Below are positions 27,997 to 47,178 of a stretch of DNA of 64,000 bases, one piece after another. Position 1 is the first letter of the stretch; every line of letters begins with the position of its first letter. The notes beneath the pieces are model-generated. The model was not told where the DNA came from and searched no databases. It was given only the letters and a program-made list of their open reading frames with translations. Source of the stretch: the human T2T-CHM13v2.0 reference genome, Homo sapiens; assembly GCF_009914755.1 (NCBI RefSeq), contig NC_060934.1. The stretch is one strand, 5' to 3'. Position numbers and translations under genes: made by a program.

Positions 27997-28559
27997 GGAC
28001 TGAGACATTTCTTATCTGTGACTTCCTTCTCTCCAGCAGTGATTCCCAGTGAGCACTGGTGACTTCAGTTCACTCTTTCTCAGGAATATTTTTTCCTGGG
28101 TCACTACCTGTGAACTAAAGATTTTCTGGCTTAACACTGTGAATAGGTAAACATTTATTGATCATTTTCTGTTAACCATGGGCTATTAGTTAAGAGATCT
28201 GATCTGTCACAAATGGAAGAATCTGCCCCAACATTCTTGAAATCCCATTGACCAGGACAATGTTTAGTTTTAGTTAGTTCAGTGCTTCTGAGGAGCAGGG
28301 GGTCACAGAGTTATGCCACTGGCATAAAAAACTAAAGAGAAAAGCCTGGGACTGGAAATTTGCAGAGCAGCTCCACCGGTTGAAAGTTGGCTTTGTTTAG
28401 TGCCCAACTTCGCAGAAGATTTTCCTCGGCTGAGTGGGCTTGGCAGAGCCCCGGCTTGAGAGGGTTGCTTAGCAATGAGATTTGGTGGCACCCAATTCTC
28501 AAGTAGTCAAGCAACCCATCAATTCCCTGCTTCCCCCTCCACTAAACCTCAGCTACCAT

Positions 28560-28791
28560 CCAGAGCCTCCTATTAGACAATCAAGTGTGTGCCAGAGGGA
28601 GGGACCAAAGGGGTGGGGTGGGGGGGAGTTTAATCATTGAACCAAGCAGGCTGGAGGTATTTAGTCCGCAACACCTCGCTCCCCAGGAGGTCTGCCAGCC
28701 TGGACTGGAAGCGTGCAACACTCCAGAGTCGTAGGAGTGAACACTGCACAGGAATCTCTGCCCATCTCAGGAGAAACCAAACTTGGGGAAA
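28560..28791 (+). promoter_or_regulatory. HKDC1: HKDC1 proximal promoter / 5' UTR, non-CpG-island
   Basis: GGGGTGGGG boxes 28610-28626, GGACCAAAG HNF4-like, GTTTAATCATTGAAC HNF1-like, directly upstream of the ATG; TSS cannot be fixed from sequence. Confidence 0.6.
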
Positions 28792-28854
28792 ATGTTTGCG
28801 GTCCACTTGATGGCATTTTACTTCAGCAAGCTGAAGGAGGACCAGATCAAGAAG
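28792..28854 (+). CDS. HKDC1: HKDC1 exon 1 CDS: MFAVHLMAFYFSKLKEDQIKK, HK1-like mitochondrial-binding N-terminus
   Basis: ATG 28792, gtaagg donor, 63 bp as in HK1/HK2 exon 1. Confidence 0.96.
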
Positions 28855-29223
28855 GTAAGGAGGACCCACGAAGCTGAGAGATGCCCAGCTCCTTCTTCAC
28901 GGACAAAACTGATTCCCTTAAAAAAAAAATCAGAAGGGAGTGAAGAGAGCTTATTAGAAAAGATACTGGGAGCATATGACCAGTAAAAGACTCACTGAGG
29001 GAAGAGGGAGTAATTCTCCCACACTCCTGGGCATTGCATTACTGTCCTGAACCTTACACTTCACTCGGAACTTCCTGGCAGGTATTGGATGCGGAAGCGG
29101 GTGAGGAGGGTGTTTGGAAAGCTTGAAGAGGATTGTGTTTGCTGTAAGGGATGTTTGCTCGGAAAGGCCACAAAGGCGAGGAGAATCATTTTCAAAGAAG
29201 TTTTAAGAACTGTTGGAGCAGAA

Positions 29224-30663
<1,440 letters not shown>

Positions 30664-31714
30664 TCATTTAGAGAGTTGAGTTAGAGGTTGTAGCAAATTT
30701 AAAAACATTATAAAGCAATCACTTGTTGATTAGATTCACAGAGCCCTCTACTGGCTACTTAAGGAGGCGCTGCCTAGGAATCCACTTTCTTTTGTTATCT
30801 GCTTAGTAAAGGCACAAGTTGCACCATGTCTCTCCCACCCCCAAGGGGGAGCCTTTGGAACCCTGAAACCTTTGATTCTGCAAACTTATTTCATTTCCTT
30901 GGGCTCCTTTGTGTTGGTTAACCTTTTGTACCCTAGGATCATGCGGGACATGTTTGTCCAACAGCCCTGGTGCAGGCTCAGGAGCACCCTGTGATGGGAA
31001 ATGCAGCCTCTGCTGATGGGCTCCAGGTCCTTCTGGAAGGACAGTCAGCCTTTTTCAATGCCTGGAGCTGACCTCCCTCTCCCTGTGGGAGGCGAGAAAG
31101 TTGGAAGCACTTTTATAGCCACCTTAAGCAAGTACCCCAGGAAGTCTCTGGGGTAGTGTGGGAGACTGGTTTATGGCTGCTGGGCTGAGTCATGGTTCTG
31201 AGAACACTCCTCCCAACACGTGGTGGAAACACACCTGGTCAAAAGGCACAGCTCGTTTCTCTGCGGTCAGGCAGTGAGTCCCCTTCTTCGTCTCTGTGCT
31301 TCCTGCCTCTAGAATTGTCCAGATCCTGGGCCAGCGGTGCCTGCAAGGGTTACTACTGAGACCCTGGAACAATTTCTAAAAATCTTCCCATACCAGCATG
31401 GAAACAAAAATAAAACAAAATGAAAAAAACGAAAATAGAAACCACTCTGACAGATTCTTTTCCAATTCAATATATTGACATTATTTGACCTATTGATAGC
31501 ACCAGGCCAGACCTGGTCACTGACCTGCAGATTGTTCATCCATAGGAGAACTGGGAGGTTTTCAGTGTGTATTTTTCATGGCTCTGTATGTCAACATTAC
31601 AAAAAAGTGGAAATGTTACTTGTAATTCCACCTTTAATTTACTTTTAATCTCAAACACTTTCATATTTGCTGGGTGGAAGCCTTCCTAGTTTTTCTTCAT
31701 CCTGTATGTTTTTA

Positions 31715-32968
<1,254 letters not shown>

Positions 32969-34721
32969 AGGATTATTTCCTGAGAATAGGTTCTGGAAAT
33001 GAAAGCCCTGGGTCAAAGAGCGGAATTTTTTATGACTCTCATTCCTAATGTGAGACCTTTGGACTAGACGAGCTCTAAGGCCCCTCCAGCTCCCACCTTC
33101 TGCAATTCAGTCTTGAGTCTTGAATGTTGGATTTGCTCTTTCTAAGTGAAACGGGCTGCTGGTTGGCTTTCTTGCTTAGACGATATCTCCCATGATGGTT
33201 TGTGTGTCTCTCCAAAAGTGGGCTTGGTTTTCTGCAGCACCAGTACTCTCCCTTAGTGCCTGGGACGTGTGTCCCTGGTTACACATACCCCACATGACTT
33301 GTTTGGATTGAAAATAGGTGCTTTTTGTCCCAACATATGTTTCACTTTTCCATTCTAACAACTGTTCCTGGTGCTGTGGCAGATACAGAAGATCAAAAGG
33401 AAACTGTTGCTGAGTTGACATTCTTTCTGTCATAACCTCAACTTATTGAAAGAGCAGCAGCAAACCAAGTGCTCAATGACCCCATTAAACCCCAGTCGCA
33501 AATGACCCCAACTGGGTCTCAAAAAACAGGACTTACATGGCAGGGATAACATTGTGTGGATGCCTGGAGTTTTTTATACTCTCAGGCTAAGCAAAAATGA
33601 TCAGTAGGTTCAGGGGCACTGTCTGAGAGCCCTTTGGGTAGGAAAGAATCAAGTTTGGTTCCCACATACAGCATCCCACCCTTCCCCAACCCCAATTACT
33701 TGGGTCACGTCCTTTGCATCCAGTTTTCTCGGCTTGTGTGTGGCTGTGCCAACCAATTAGTCATAAACAGCCTTGGGGGAACAGGAAGCCCTTAATGAAG
33801 CCTGACCTGGTTCCATCCTGTTTCTCAAATATGCTGAAAGCTCAATTGTCCTTTTTTGCTAATGGCTCTCTGATGATTTTCTGGTCTTTCTCTGGCCCCC
33901 GAGTCCCCGGAGCCATGGTACCATTTCAGTGTCTTGGGTCTGTTCGTTGTCACGAGACTGAGCTGGGTCCTGGCCTCTGAGGCCTGGCTGATGACCGGGC
34001 CCCTGTCCTAGCGCGAAGGTAATGTGAGCCCTGTGCATTTGGTATAATTTGTCTGTCGGGCTTATGCATCCCCGACAGAGCTGTGAGCCAAAGCCAGGCC
34101 ATGGGGGTGAGTGATCTAGAGCCTATGTTACAGTCCCACGTAGCCACAGCTCTGCAGCCCTCTCACCTCACCTCTCACCTGGGGACAAGAACTTTGGCCT
34201 TACGTGGCTGCCTCAAAGGGATGCTGTGGCGATGAGAAGAGGTGATGTACATGGACGCACTCTGTAGACAGTAGCACGTGTTCTTCACCCTGGATAAAAT
34301 GCCCTTTCACCGGGAATGTGCCTGGGATGGAGCCTCCTGTCACCTGGAGGGTGGAGAGTGCTCAGTATAAAAACAGGGCTGGAAAGGACAGGGTGCATAT
34401 GCCCCTGTCTCTCCTCCTGCCCCCATCAATAATCCATCCCAGTGAGCCCGGGCTCCAGACTGCCAGCACCAATTGATTAGTGTTAATTAGTGTGAGGGAG
34501 GAAGCTTTGCTGCCGTCCCTGATGTGACATATTACCAACAAGAGGACTGATTTTAGCCATAGTGATTTGTATAACTTCCCTCCTTTGGGTATGGTCCTCT
34601 GTCCCCGTTTCCTGGTTACATGAGTGACATCCACTCATTTTCAATAGCAATCTGAGCTGACTTTAAAAATTCAGCTTTGTCTTAACTAGAACAACTCAGT
34701 TAAACCAAAATGGACATTTAT

Positions 34722-35073
<352 letters not shown>

Positions 35074-35564
35074 TTAGCTCTGAGCTTCCTAGCAGCCAGT
35101 AAACAAAGAGAAACCTGTCTAGCTATATCTGTGGTCATCATTGGATGAAAGAAAGCTTCCATGTTTAGAAATCTACGATTCAAGCTCTAGCTGGCCTTTT
35201 TTGGTGGAGAGAAATGGGACACTGGTGAGGGCCCTGAACTGGGAATCGGAAACCCTGAATCCTTCTTAGTTTCTGCCTCTCCCTTGTCTCATCAGAATAA
35301 TGGGAGAATCATTTTCTCCTCAGAGTCTGCCCTTCAGAGAAGTAACTCCACACCTTCTCAGCCCTCCATTCCATTCTGCTTTCCTAACTCGCTTCCCTGT
35401 CCTCTGCCTGAGGAGGGGTCAGATAGGGAGGCTTTGGGAATCCACATCTCAATGCTGTCCCCAGAGTCAGGAATGCAGCTTGCTGAGGGATGTCGGGGGT
35501 TACAGCCTCGACTGGAGGGTGAGGGCCCCCAGCAGCACCCCTTGGTGGCCGGTGTCTGTTCCAG

Positions 35565-35727
35565 GTGGACAGGTTCCTGTATCACATGCGGCTCTCCGAT
35601 GACACCCTTTTGGACATCATGAGGCGGTTCCGGGCTGAGATGGAGAAGGGCCTGGCAAAGGACACCAACCCCACGGCTGCAGTGAAGATGTTGCCCACCT
35701 TCGTCAGGGCCATTCCCGATGGTTCCG
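35565..35727 (+). CDS. HKDC1: HKDC1 exon 2: [13 protein letters not shown]...[14 protein letters not shown]
   Basis: ccag acceptor, gtgagt donor, 163 bp; MLPTFV motif. Confidence 0.96.
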
Positions 35728-36344
35728 GTGAGTGCAGTTGTCCGCTGCCAGGGTCCCTGGCTCCTCTTGGCTGATGGGTGTCTAAAGTACCTAAGGTTTG
35801 CCCCTGTACCTTGGCTTCTCTCTCTAGCCCTCTCTCTGCTGTCCCACCCTCCCTGCCCCTCTCTGCTTCAGTCCTGCTGAATCCCTCTTGCAGTTCTGCA
35901 GTTCTGCAGCCCCAGGCACCGTGGCTTCTCTGCCCATCGTGGCCTCACACATTTGCTCCCTCTCCTCCTGGAGCATCTCCATGTTCTTCCCTGGTGAGTA
36001 TCAACGTGGCTTTTCCGTCTCAGCGTAGTGGTCCCTGCCTCCATCTAGGAAGTATCCCTGTGCTGGGCTGGGTGCTTGTCAGGGCACTTGTCACTTTGCT
36101 GTGTCCCCACTCTGAGTCTCCACCAAATTAACCACTCACTCCGTGGGTCCAAGGTCTTACCACAGTGTTCCCAGCACCTAGTGTAGCACTGGGAATGAGT
36201 AATGGGAGCAAGAATGATGTAGTGGAAATCACATTCAATGATAATTCAACAAACCTGGGTCTGAGGCCCAGCTCTGTCACTCTCAGTGACCTGAGGCAAG
36301 TGTTTAGCCTCAGTTTGCCCAGCTGTAGAATGAGAAATGGCCTA

Positions 36345-36843
36345 TGTATCTGTTTCCTATGGCTGCTGTGATGTATTACTACAATCACAGTGGCTGAAAA
36401 CAATCGAATATATTCTCTGACAGTTCTGGTGGACGGAAGTTTGCAGTGGGTCTCACTGGGCCAAAATTCAGGTGTCGGCAGGGCTGCGTTCCTTCTGGAA
36501 GCTTGAGGGGAGAATCTGTTTCCTTAACTTTTCCAGTTTCGAGAGGCCACCTGCATCCTTGAGGCATGCCCCTTTCTGTTCTCAAAGCCAGCAGTGTAGC
36601 CTCTTCAGGTCCCTCTCTGACCTGACCTTCTGCCTCCTTTCAACATTTAAAGATCCTGTGATCACGTTAGTCATGCTTAGATAATCCAGGATAATCTCCC
36701 AACTTCAAGGTCAGCTGATGAGCAATTTTGATCCCATCTGCAACCTTAATTCCCCTTTGCCTTGCACCCTCAGATATTCACAGGATCTGGGGATTAGGAT
36801 GTGAGCATCTTTGTTGGGGGTGGGGGACATTATTTTGCCTACA
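36345..36843 (-). mobile_element. MLT1-type MaLR solo LTR
   Basis: tgtatctgtttcctatggctgctg...cattattttgcctaca; internal ggcagggctgcgttccttctggaagc...gggagaatctgtttcc. Confidence 0.75.
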
Positions 36844-36901
36844 ATGGCCTAGAAATCTGTAGATAGGATCTATGAGGTCCCATCCAACTCTTCCATTCTC
36901 A

Positions 36902-37366
<465 letters not shown>

Positions 37367-38990
37367 CTGCCATTTACTGAGCAACCACTGTGGTCATGGG
37401 GTGCTGGGGACTCGCTGAGCCACATATTTCCTGTGACAACCCTGTGGTGTGGCTGTTCAGACAGAACCACCAAGGACCAAGGGGTTTCTCCCATGTCAGG
37501 GTCCCAGTGCCCAAACCGAGCTCGTGAAAGAGCACTGGGGCTCTCGCAGGAGCAGGGTCTGAGGTTTGGGAGCTCTCAGGGGGCTTTGATGGGATCAGTC
37601 GTGTTCTGGACCTCTCTGGAGCAATGCCTGGATCAAGGTAGCTTGGCTCTGCTGGTTGAGAGGCCCTGGGACACTGCACTGGGAAAGGCCCTGTGCCCTC
37701 ACTTGTGGGTAGGTGCTTGGGATGGACAGTGCCCTGTCCTGGAAGGATGTTGAGCTTCAGAGAGAGACAGCCCTACTTTGAAATCTTGGCTCTGTCCTTG
37801 CCACAGCTTGACGAGAGTACTGGGACGTGTCCTTGACAGGGCATCTGGGGCCCCTGGGAGGAAGCAGCTGAGTCATGTGGGGAGCACCAGGGCTAAGTCC
37901 GCCTGGCTTCCTGGACTGCAGCCCCTCCTCCTGATACAGACAAGGTGTGTCCCCAGAAGCAAGGGAAGGTGGCCTTTGATGGTCTGGAGGCTCTGGGACA
38001 GGCGGTGTCCTCCTGGCCCTGGCTGCTTCTGAAGGTTCAGAAGTGAAACTAACTAAGTCATAGAAACTCTCTCCTCCTTAGCCGGGAAGACGCCCAGCTC
38101 CCCATCCCCGTCTCCGCAGAGCCTCTCACCACACAAAGCATCTCACCAGTGATTCTGTTGTGCCGAGGTCCCTGGGCCCAGAGTCCCTAATAAGCCAGGT
38201 GTTCTTGGTAAATCCCGGCACCATACATGATTGTCAGGATTTAATGAGATCATGTGGATGGCGTGCTTTAACATCTCTAAAATCTTGTCCCAAGTCCTCC
38301 TAGCTCTTGTGAGCTGGTGGTATAATTTCATGATTACCGACAAAAAACAAGCAAAACTCTCCTAATTCCTTATGGTGTCCGTTTCAGAAATGTATGCAGC
38401 TTCCAGAGAAGTCCTGAGTTTGCCTACTCCCATCAGGACCTATCTGCGAGGGAGTCACCTGTTTGAGCCTTAGTTACCACCCAGCCTTTTGGTCAGGGGG
38501 CTGCAGTGGTCTGTTCTGACAGGATCAAGTGCCTTAAAAGTGCTGTGTTAATACTGGAGCCTTCTCTGCCAGTCATGGAAGGGGCATGGGAAGCATGAGG
38601 GTGACTGTGATTCTTTGGCTTGACCCCTGCTGGCTCTGTTCCAGGCCTTAGCCTCCAGTCAGCCTCCAAGGCCAAATAGGCCTTGGGGGTGAGCCCGGGA
38701 GCCCTGAGGTCGTCAGCCTGGAGCCTCGAGTGTTTCCTAATACACACTTTCCCAGCCCCTCCCCCTGGGGACTCTGAATCTCCAGGAATCTCCGCATTCA
38801 GCCACTGTGCACCTTTGGGAGACTCTGCACTGGGTAAAAGGAGGGAGTGAAGGCACCAGCACCAGCAGTGACTTACGAGAAGGGAACCATTGGGTCCAAG
38901 GCAGTTCATGGAGGGTCCTCTGGAGCAGGCAGATTGGCCAAAGCAATTTACCCCGCTTAGGACACTGTTTTCTCTTTTCTTTCTTTTTAG

Positions 38991-39158
<168 letters not shown>

Positions 39159-41121
39159 TAGAGACAGGGTTTTACCATATTGACCAGGCTGGTGTTGAAC
39201 TCTTGGCAAGGGATTAATTCTCCTGCCTGGGCCTCCCAAAGTGCTGGGACCACAGGTGTGAGCCACCGTGCCTGGCCGGGGCTGTTTTCTTGATGTCTGT
39301 GAAGACTCTGAGGCCCCACAGACTGCTGTTGCCTGGGCAAGTCCTCCCTCTCCCAGGGTCCACTGGTTCCTTTTTTCTGGGGTCAGAGACAGAAGGGATC
39401 ACACCATGTGGCATCCATGAAATGGCACCTCGAGCCACTGGTGGAGTGAGGTGTTTGATAGTGATTGCGATGCGGGCCGGGAGTGGGATGCCTCCACACC
39501 GACACTGGCCAGGTCTCAGCACATCCCCTCCCGTCCGATGGCAGTGCAGCAGCCTCTTCTTTTGTTAAACCCTCAGTCTATTCTGGTTGGTGTCAGAGGC
39601 ATTTGTCCCCAGAATCTCAGATCTTGGCACTCCCTAGCTTAAAATCTTTCTGCAGCTCCCTCTCACCTTCCAGATAAAGCCCAAGCTCCTTGGGGTGGAT
39701 AGCTTTTCCAAATCCTTCCAAATTTAACCTGAGAGCCACCTTCCAACCTCATTTCTGTGACAGCTGCCCTCCTTTGGCAAAAGCACACTCACTCTTAGCG
39801 GATGCTTTCTCATTCCTTTGCCCGTGGTTCCTCTCCCTGGGACCCCCGCTCCCGGCAGCCTGGCAGCCTGACTCCTGCTCACCCTTCAACACTCAGCTCT
39901 GTGTCCCCTCCCTGCAAAGCCAGCTGCCTTTGTCTCCCAGCTTTGACCTGGATATCTCTCCCTGTGCCTCTCACAATCTGAGCACTGGTCCTACTATATG
40001 GAAATAGCTGATTTATGCGCCTGTATTTCGGATCAATTTCCCAGGGAGCACACCGTCTTTCATCTGCGCATCCCTAGCACCTAACACATGTTACTCAGCA
40101 CAGAGTAGATGCTCAGTAAATGTGTGGACATAGATTGTGGGATCTACCCTACCTCCTACACAGCAAGACAGCATCTGGGAGAACCCTCTTACTTGGTGCA
40201 TAATATATACTAATAAAAGTTGCATAGGATTAACTCCCTGAATTCCCTCACCAAATAATAAATGACTCCATCAGCTCCTTTGTGGCTGATCTGTGAAGGT
40301 AAGAATTTCCGGATGTCTACACAAAAACAAAAAATCGAGCTGGCTGCACCTTTGCTACTCTAACTATGGTCTACAGACCAGCAACAGCAGCAACATCACC
40401 AAGTTGGCCAGGCTGTTCTTGAACTGCTGACCTCAGGTGATCTGCCCGTCTCGGCCTCCCAAAATGCTGGGATTACAGGCATGAGCCACTGTGCCCAGCC
40501 CCCACCTTTCAATTAATGGCATCTGTCTTGGGCTGGGCTGGGTTGTGTTCCAATGTCTCCTTTTGGAGTGGCTCTGGCCTAAAAAAATCAGCATCCTTGG
40601 CACCTCAAGGGCCATTGTTTAGTCCCTGTCTCCTCTCCCCTCCAGGAGTGTTTTCCCTCTGCCCATAGGATCATCGGCTGCAGGAGGCTGGCTGCTCCTC
40701 GCCGCACATCCTGTCTTCCCCCTCATACCTTTATCCGAGTTTCCCCAGGCTGGGAGCACCAGCTCTCTCTTCCCAGTGATGGCATCCCAGGATGGGCTCC
40801 ACCGTCGAGGCCACCTCTCATACCACCGCAAGGGCTGTGCTCACATTTGCCTTCTCCAGTTGACATGCACATTCCTACAGCATGAGCCAGTGGGTTGGGC
40901 TCAGGCTGCAGAGTCAGGCTGACTTAGTTCACATCTCAGCTCTGCGCCTTACCTCGAGGGCTCTGAGAAATGGCCAGAGTCCTCAGCCTTGGCAAATGAG
41001 CATAATGATACCTAGTGGCTGTGATTTGAAGACGTTGATTATATGTCCAACCTCTAATGCAGAGCTTGCCATATCTGTAGTAGACCCTCAATAAATGGAA
41101 ACTGAATTTGTTTCTTAATAG

Positions 41122-41270
41122 AAAATGGGGAGTTCCTTTCCCTGGATCTCGGAGGGTCCAAGTTCCGAGTGCTGAAGGTGCAAGTCGCTGAAGAGGGGAA
41201 GCGACACGTGCAGATGGAGAGTCAGTTCTACCCAACGCCCAATGAAATCATCCGCGGGAACGGCACAGAG
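41122..41270 (+). CDS. HKDC1: HKDC1 exon 3: (E)NGEFLSLDLGGSKFRVLKV...IRGNGTE
   Basis: atag acceptor, gtacct donor, 149 bp; phosphate-1 motif. Confidence 0.95.
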
Positions 41271-41371
41271 GTACCTGGCAGGTGGCTCCTGTGACCGCAG
41301 GGAAGGCGGTGGCATCCGTGTGTGGGGAAACCACACCTTAGCCCATGTACTTTGCTTTCTCTTCTCTGCAG

Positions 41372-41491
41372 CTGTTTGAATATGTAGCTGACTGTCTGGC
41401 AGATTTCATGAAGACCAAAGATTTAAAGCATAAGAAATTGCCCCTTGGCCTAACTTTTTCTTTCCCCTGTCGACAGACTAAACTGGAAGAG
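41372..41491 (+). CDS. HKDC1: HKDC1 exon 4: [12 protein letters not shown]...[16 protein letters not shown]
   Basis: ctgcag acceptor, gtaagg donor, 120 bp. Confidence 0.96.
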
Positions 41492-41974
41492 GTAAGGCGC
41501 GGAGGGAAGCAGCAGTGCAGGAATTGGGGCTTGGGGAATGTGGGCACGGGTGGGAGTCAGGCTGCACGCAGGAGAGAACAGCAGGAGCTTTCTTGTTTGT
41601 CTTTTTCTTTTCTTTTTGTTCATGATGAGGTGGCAGCGTGAGGCAGAGAACTTGTTAACGCAATGGCCTTGATTTTATGATTAACGTGGGCACAGCTCGG
41701 GGGAGTAGAATGCTTTTCACTAGCTCTCAAACCTTGGTGTGAGGAATTCCTTGGAGGGCTTGTTTTAAGCACAGATTGCTGGGCCTACTGGAATCAGTGG
41801 TTCTGCAAGGAGGCCCTAAATTCGCCTCCCTGACAGGTTCCTGGCAGATGTGATGCTGCCTGAGGCCTGCACTTAGGACCACTGACATAGCCAACTAGAA
41901 GAAACATGGGAAGGCTGGGGAGTCTCTCCCTGTAGTGAGCCCTCAGGAGGAGGATTAGAATGGGGGCACTGGAG

Positions 41975-42351
<377 letters not shown>

Positions 42352-43283
42352 CTAGGCCGGGGTTCCTGGTAACTCATCTCTGTGTGTCTCAGTTTTCAAT
42401 CTGTAAGCAGGAGGAAGCTAACCCAATCTTATGTGAATAAAGACAGCAAATAAGGGGACGTTCTGGGGCCAGGTTGGGGGAGTTACTGTCAAGAGTCTAG
42501 TCTCCCCGGGCCACTCCTGTCTGGGTTGGGGACCCTGATCAATCTCCTCCTCCTGGCCCTCCTGGTTATGATGCCCAGTTGACAGTCACATGGACCTCCT
42601 TGGGATGTGCTTGATATTGTTGGCTTGAGTCACTTATTGGTGTGGAATAGTGAAAGGGAATGAGCTTTCATGTTCCACACACATGGCTTTGAATCATGGT
42701 TCAGGACAAATTGTGTCCCCTTGGACCAGTTCCTTAATTTCATGAGCCTCTTGTTTTCTCTTTGAGAAAATTTTATTTATTTTTATTTTTTTCTTTGTAG
42801 AGATGAGGTCTCACTATATTGCCCAAGCTGGTCTCAAACTCCTGGGTTTAAGTAATCTGCCTGCCTCTGCCTCCCAAAGCGTTGGGATTACAGGCATGGG
42901 CCATTGTGTCCCACCTTGTTTTCTCATTTGTAAAGCAGGGATAATAACATCTGCTTGTTGGGCTGAGGTGAAGCTTAGGCAAAGCATTTGTAAAGCATCC
43001 AACACTGTGGTTGGGCCTTACACAGTAGCTGCTAGGCTGTGGTGACTGTCCCTGGATTACTTGTCTCTTTGTGCTTTTGTATCTTATCCCTAAATTCAAC
43101 AGAGGTTTTTGGAGGGCAAGCAGTGCCCGCCAAGGGCACAGACCTTCCCCGCCAAGGTCTCTGACAATGTGTTGTATTTAATAGGTGCTTGATAACTATC
43201 TCACAGTTGAAAGGTGTCAATCATTTATTTGATTCCATCGTGGGAATTTGCCATCATCTATACAGGGGACAGGCTGAGTTTTA

Positions 43284-45202
<1,919 letters not shown>

Positions 45203-45638
45203 TCAAATATACTTATATTTTATAAAATTTCCTCGCAAACTGCCTTTCAATAAAATCTAAAGTTAAGTAGTAAAGTTCCAACCACAAGAAAACTCATTCC
45301 TGATAATATTTGAATGTGGCCTCATCTGGCAAAGCTATTTAAGCAGGGCTCTGCTGCAGGAGTGGGTTCGGTAACACTAGAATAAGGGCTCCTGGGGAAG
45401 ATGGGCTCTGTTCAGCTCCATGACTGCAGAGGGATGGAAAGGGGAAGGCTGTGTGAGGAGGTGTGATTAGGGGGCTTCTTTGAGAAACTGAAAATGATTA
45501 AAGAAGGTAGGAGCGTGAGAATTCTTATTATGTTTAACCCATAGCCAACATCATGAGCATAAGAATTAAAGGAAGTCACTTGGTTTTTTATTCTTGTTTT
45601 TGAGGGAACAGAAAGTCTTAACCAAAGAGAAATTTCTT

Positions 45639-45642
<4 letters not shown>

Positions 45643-45682
<40 letters not shown>
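45643..45682 (+). repeat. (TG)20 microsatellite
   Basis: Direct read. Confidence 0.95.
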
Positions 45683-45690
<8 letters not shown>

Positions 45691-46474
45691 TAATAAAATA
45701 AATGGTAATACTTTTTTCAAGGTTTAAAAAAAGAGAGAGAGAAGGAATGGAAAAGTTTAAAGAAGAAAATAGAAATCACCACTCATCTCAATATTCAAAT
45801 ATTCCCACCACTAGAATTGTGGGTTTTTCTTTTACTCATACCTATATTAAATACAAGTGTTATCCTGTATCTACAGTTTAGCAAATCTATGGTTGATTCT
45901 AGTCACCAAATATTTGAGACAAAAAGAAAATGTACAGTTGTATGTAATTGCCTTTTTAATTTAACATTCTATCGCAAGCATTTATCCCTCACTTCCCCCA
46001 TCCACCTTCCCTGCAACAGGGATTTTTGAAGAAAGCCAGCCTGTGCATCTCTCCCCGCTCTGTCCCTGGAGACAGGGATGTTGTCATAGCCTATGAGAGC
46101 AGAAGTTAGGGAGAACTGCCACACGGCGGCGCTGTGGTGCAGGAAAAAAGCCCGAGGGCTGGTCCAGAGTCAGAGACCTGCATTCGGCTGGGCTCTATCC
46201 TTCACTCGCGGTGAAATTCAGAGCAATTTCCTCCCTCTCTCAATCCCAGCGTTTTTAAATCCATAAATTGAGGGAAATGGAGGAGGTGCGGTCAGGAAGT
46301 TTGTGAGCCTGGGTCAGCTGCTCTTGACTGAGACGACTTGGGCGATTCTCTTTTAACTTCCAAGTTCTCTTCCAGTCTGAAACATTCTATGATTATTTGC
46401 GATTTCAGACACGAAACTCAGGAAACACCATTTGTAAGCAATGATTGGTAATGCAAATTGAGAACCATTTTTCT

Positions 46475-46605
46475 TTCTTTCTCTTTATTAAGAGACGAGG
46501 TCTCGCTATGTTGCCCAGGCAGGCCTGGAACTCCTGGCCTCAAGTGATCCACCTGCCTCAGGCTCCCAAGTAGCTGGGACTACAGGTACGGGCCACTCTG
46601 CCTGG
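46475..46605 (-). mobile_element. Alu monomer (FLAM-like) with TSD ttgagaa(c/t)catttttct
   Basis: Monomer length; flanks 46458-46474 and 46606-46622. Confidence 0.75.
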
Positions 46606-47082
46606 TTGAGAATCATTTTTCTAAGTTGAAATGAAGTTCCTGAGACAATCCTGCAAGGTTACACCATGTTAGTTCTGTTTTGTGGACCTGGCAAACCATG
46701 CATTCTGCATGTATAATATACCAGTTATTTTCATTAGAGCATTCCTTTGAGAGAGGTAGGGAGGTGACATTTCCACTTTGCAGAGGAGTAGACTGAGGCT
46801 CAGAGAGGTTAAACGACTTGTCTAATGTCTCATGAATCCAAGAGCTCTAACTTTTCAATAATTACTCCTTCTGCTACCATATATTTCAAACCACTCAGAT
46901 GAGAGTAATAGTCCTTTAAATTATTAGAAAAGGCTGCAGAAGCAATGTTTTAAAAAAATTGGGGTGATTCAGCTTAGAGAAGAGAAGGCCATGGGGGATG
47001 CACGTAGGCATGAAGTTTCTGCGGCTCAGTTGCACATCTCAGCACGTCTTTCATTCAAACTGGACCTGAAATCTTCTCCCAG

Positions 47083-47178
47083 GGTGTCCTACTTTCGTGG
47101 ACAAAAAAGTTTAAGGCACGAGGAGTTCAGGACACGGATGTGGTGAGCCGTCTGACCAAAGCCATGAGAAGACACAAG
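47083..47178 (+). CDS. HKDC1: HKDC1 exon 5: GVLLSWTKKFKARGVQDTDVVSRLTKAMRRHK
   Basis: cccag acceptor, gtgagg donor, 96 bp. Confidence 0.95.
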
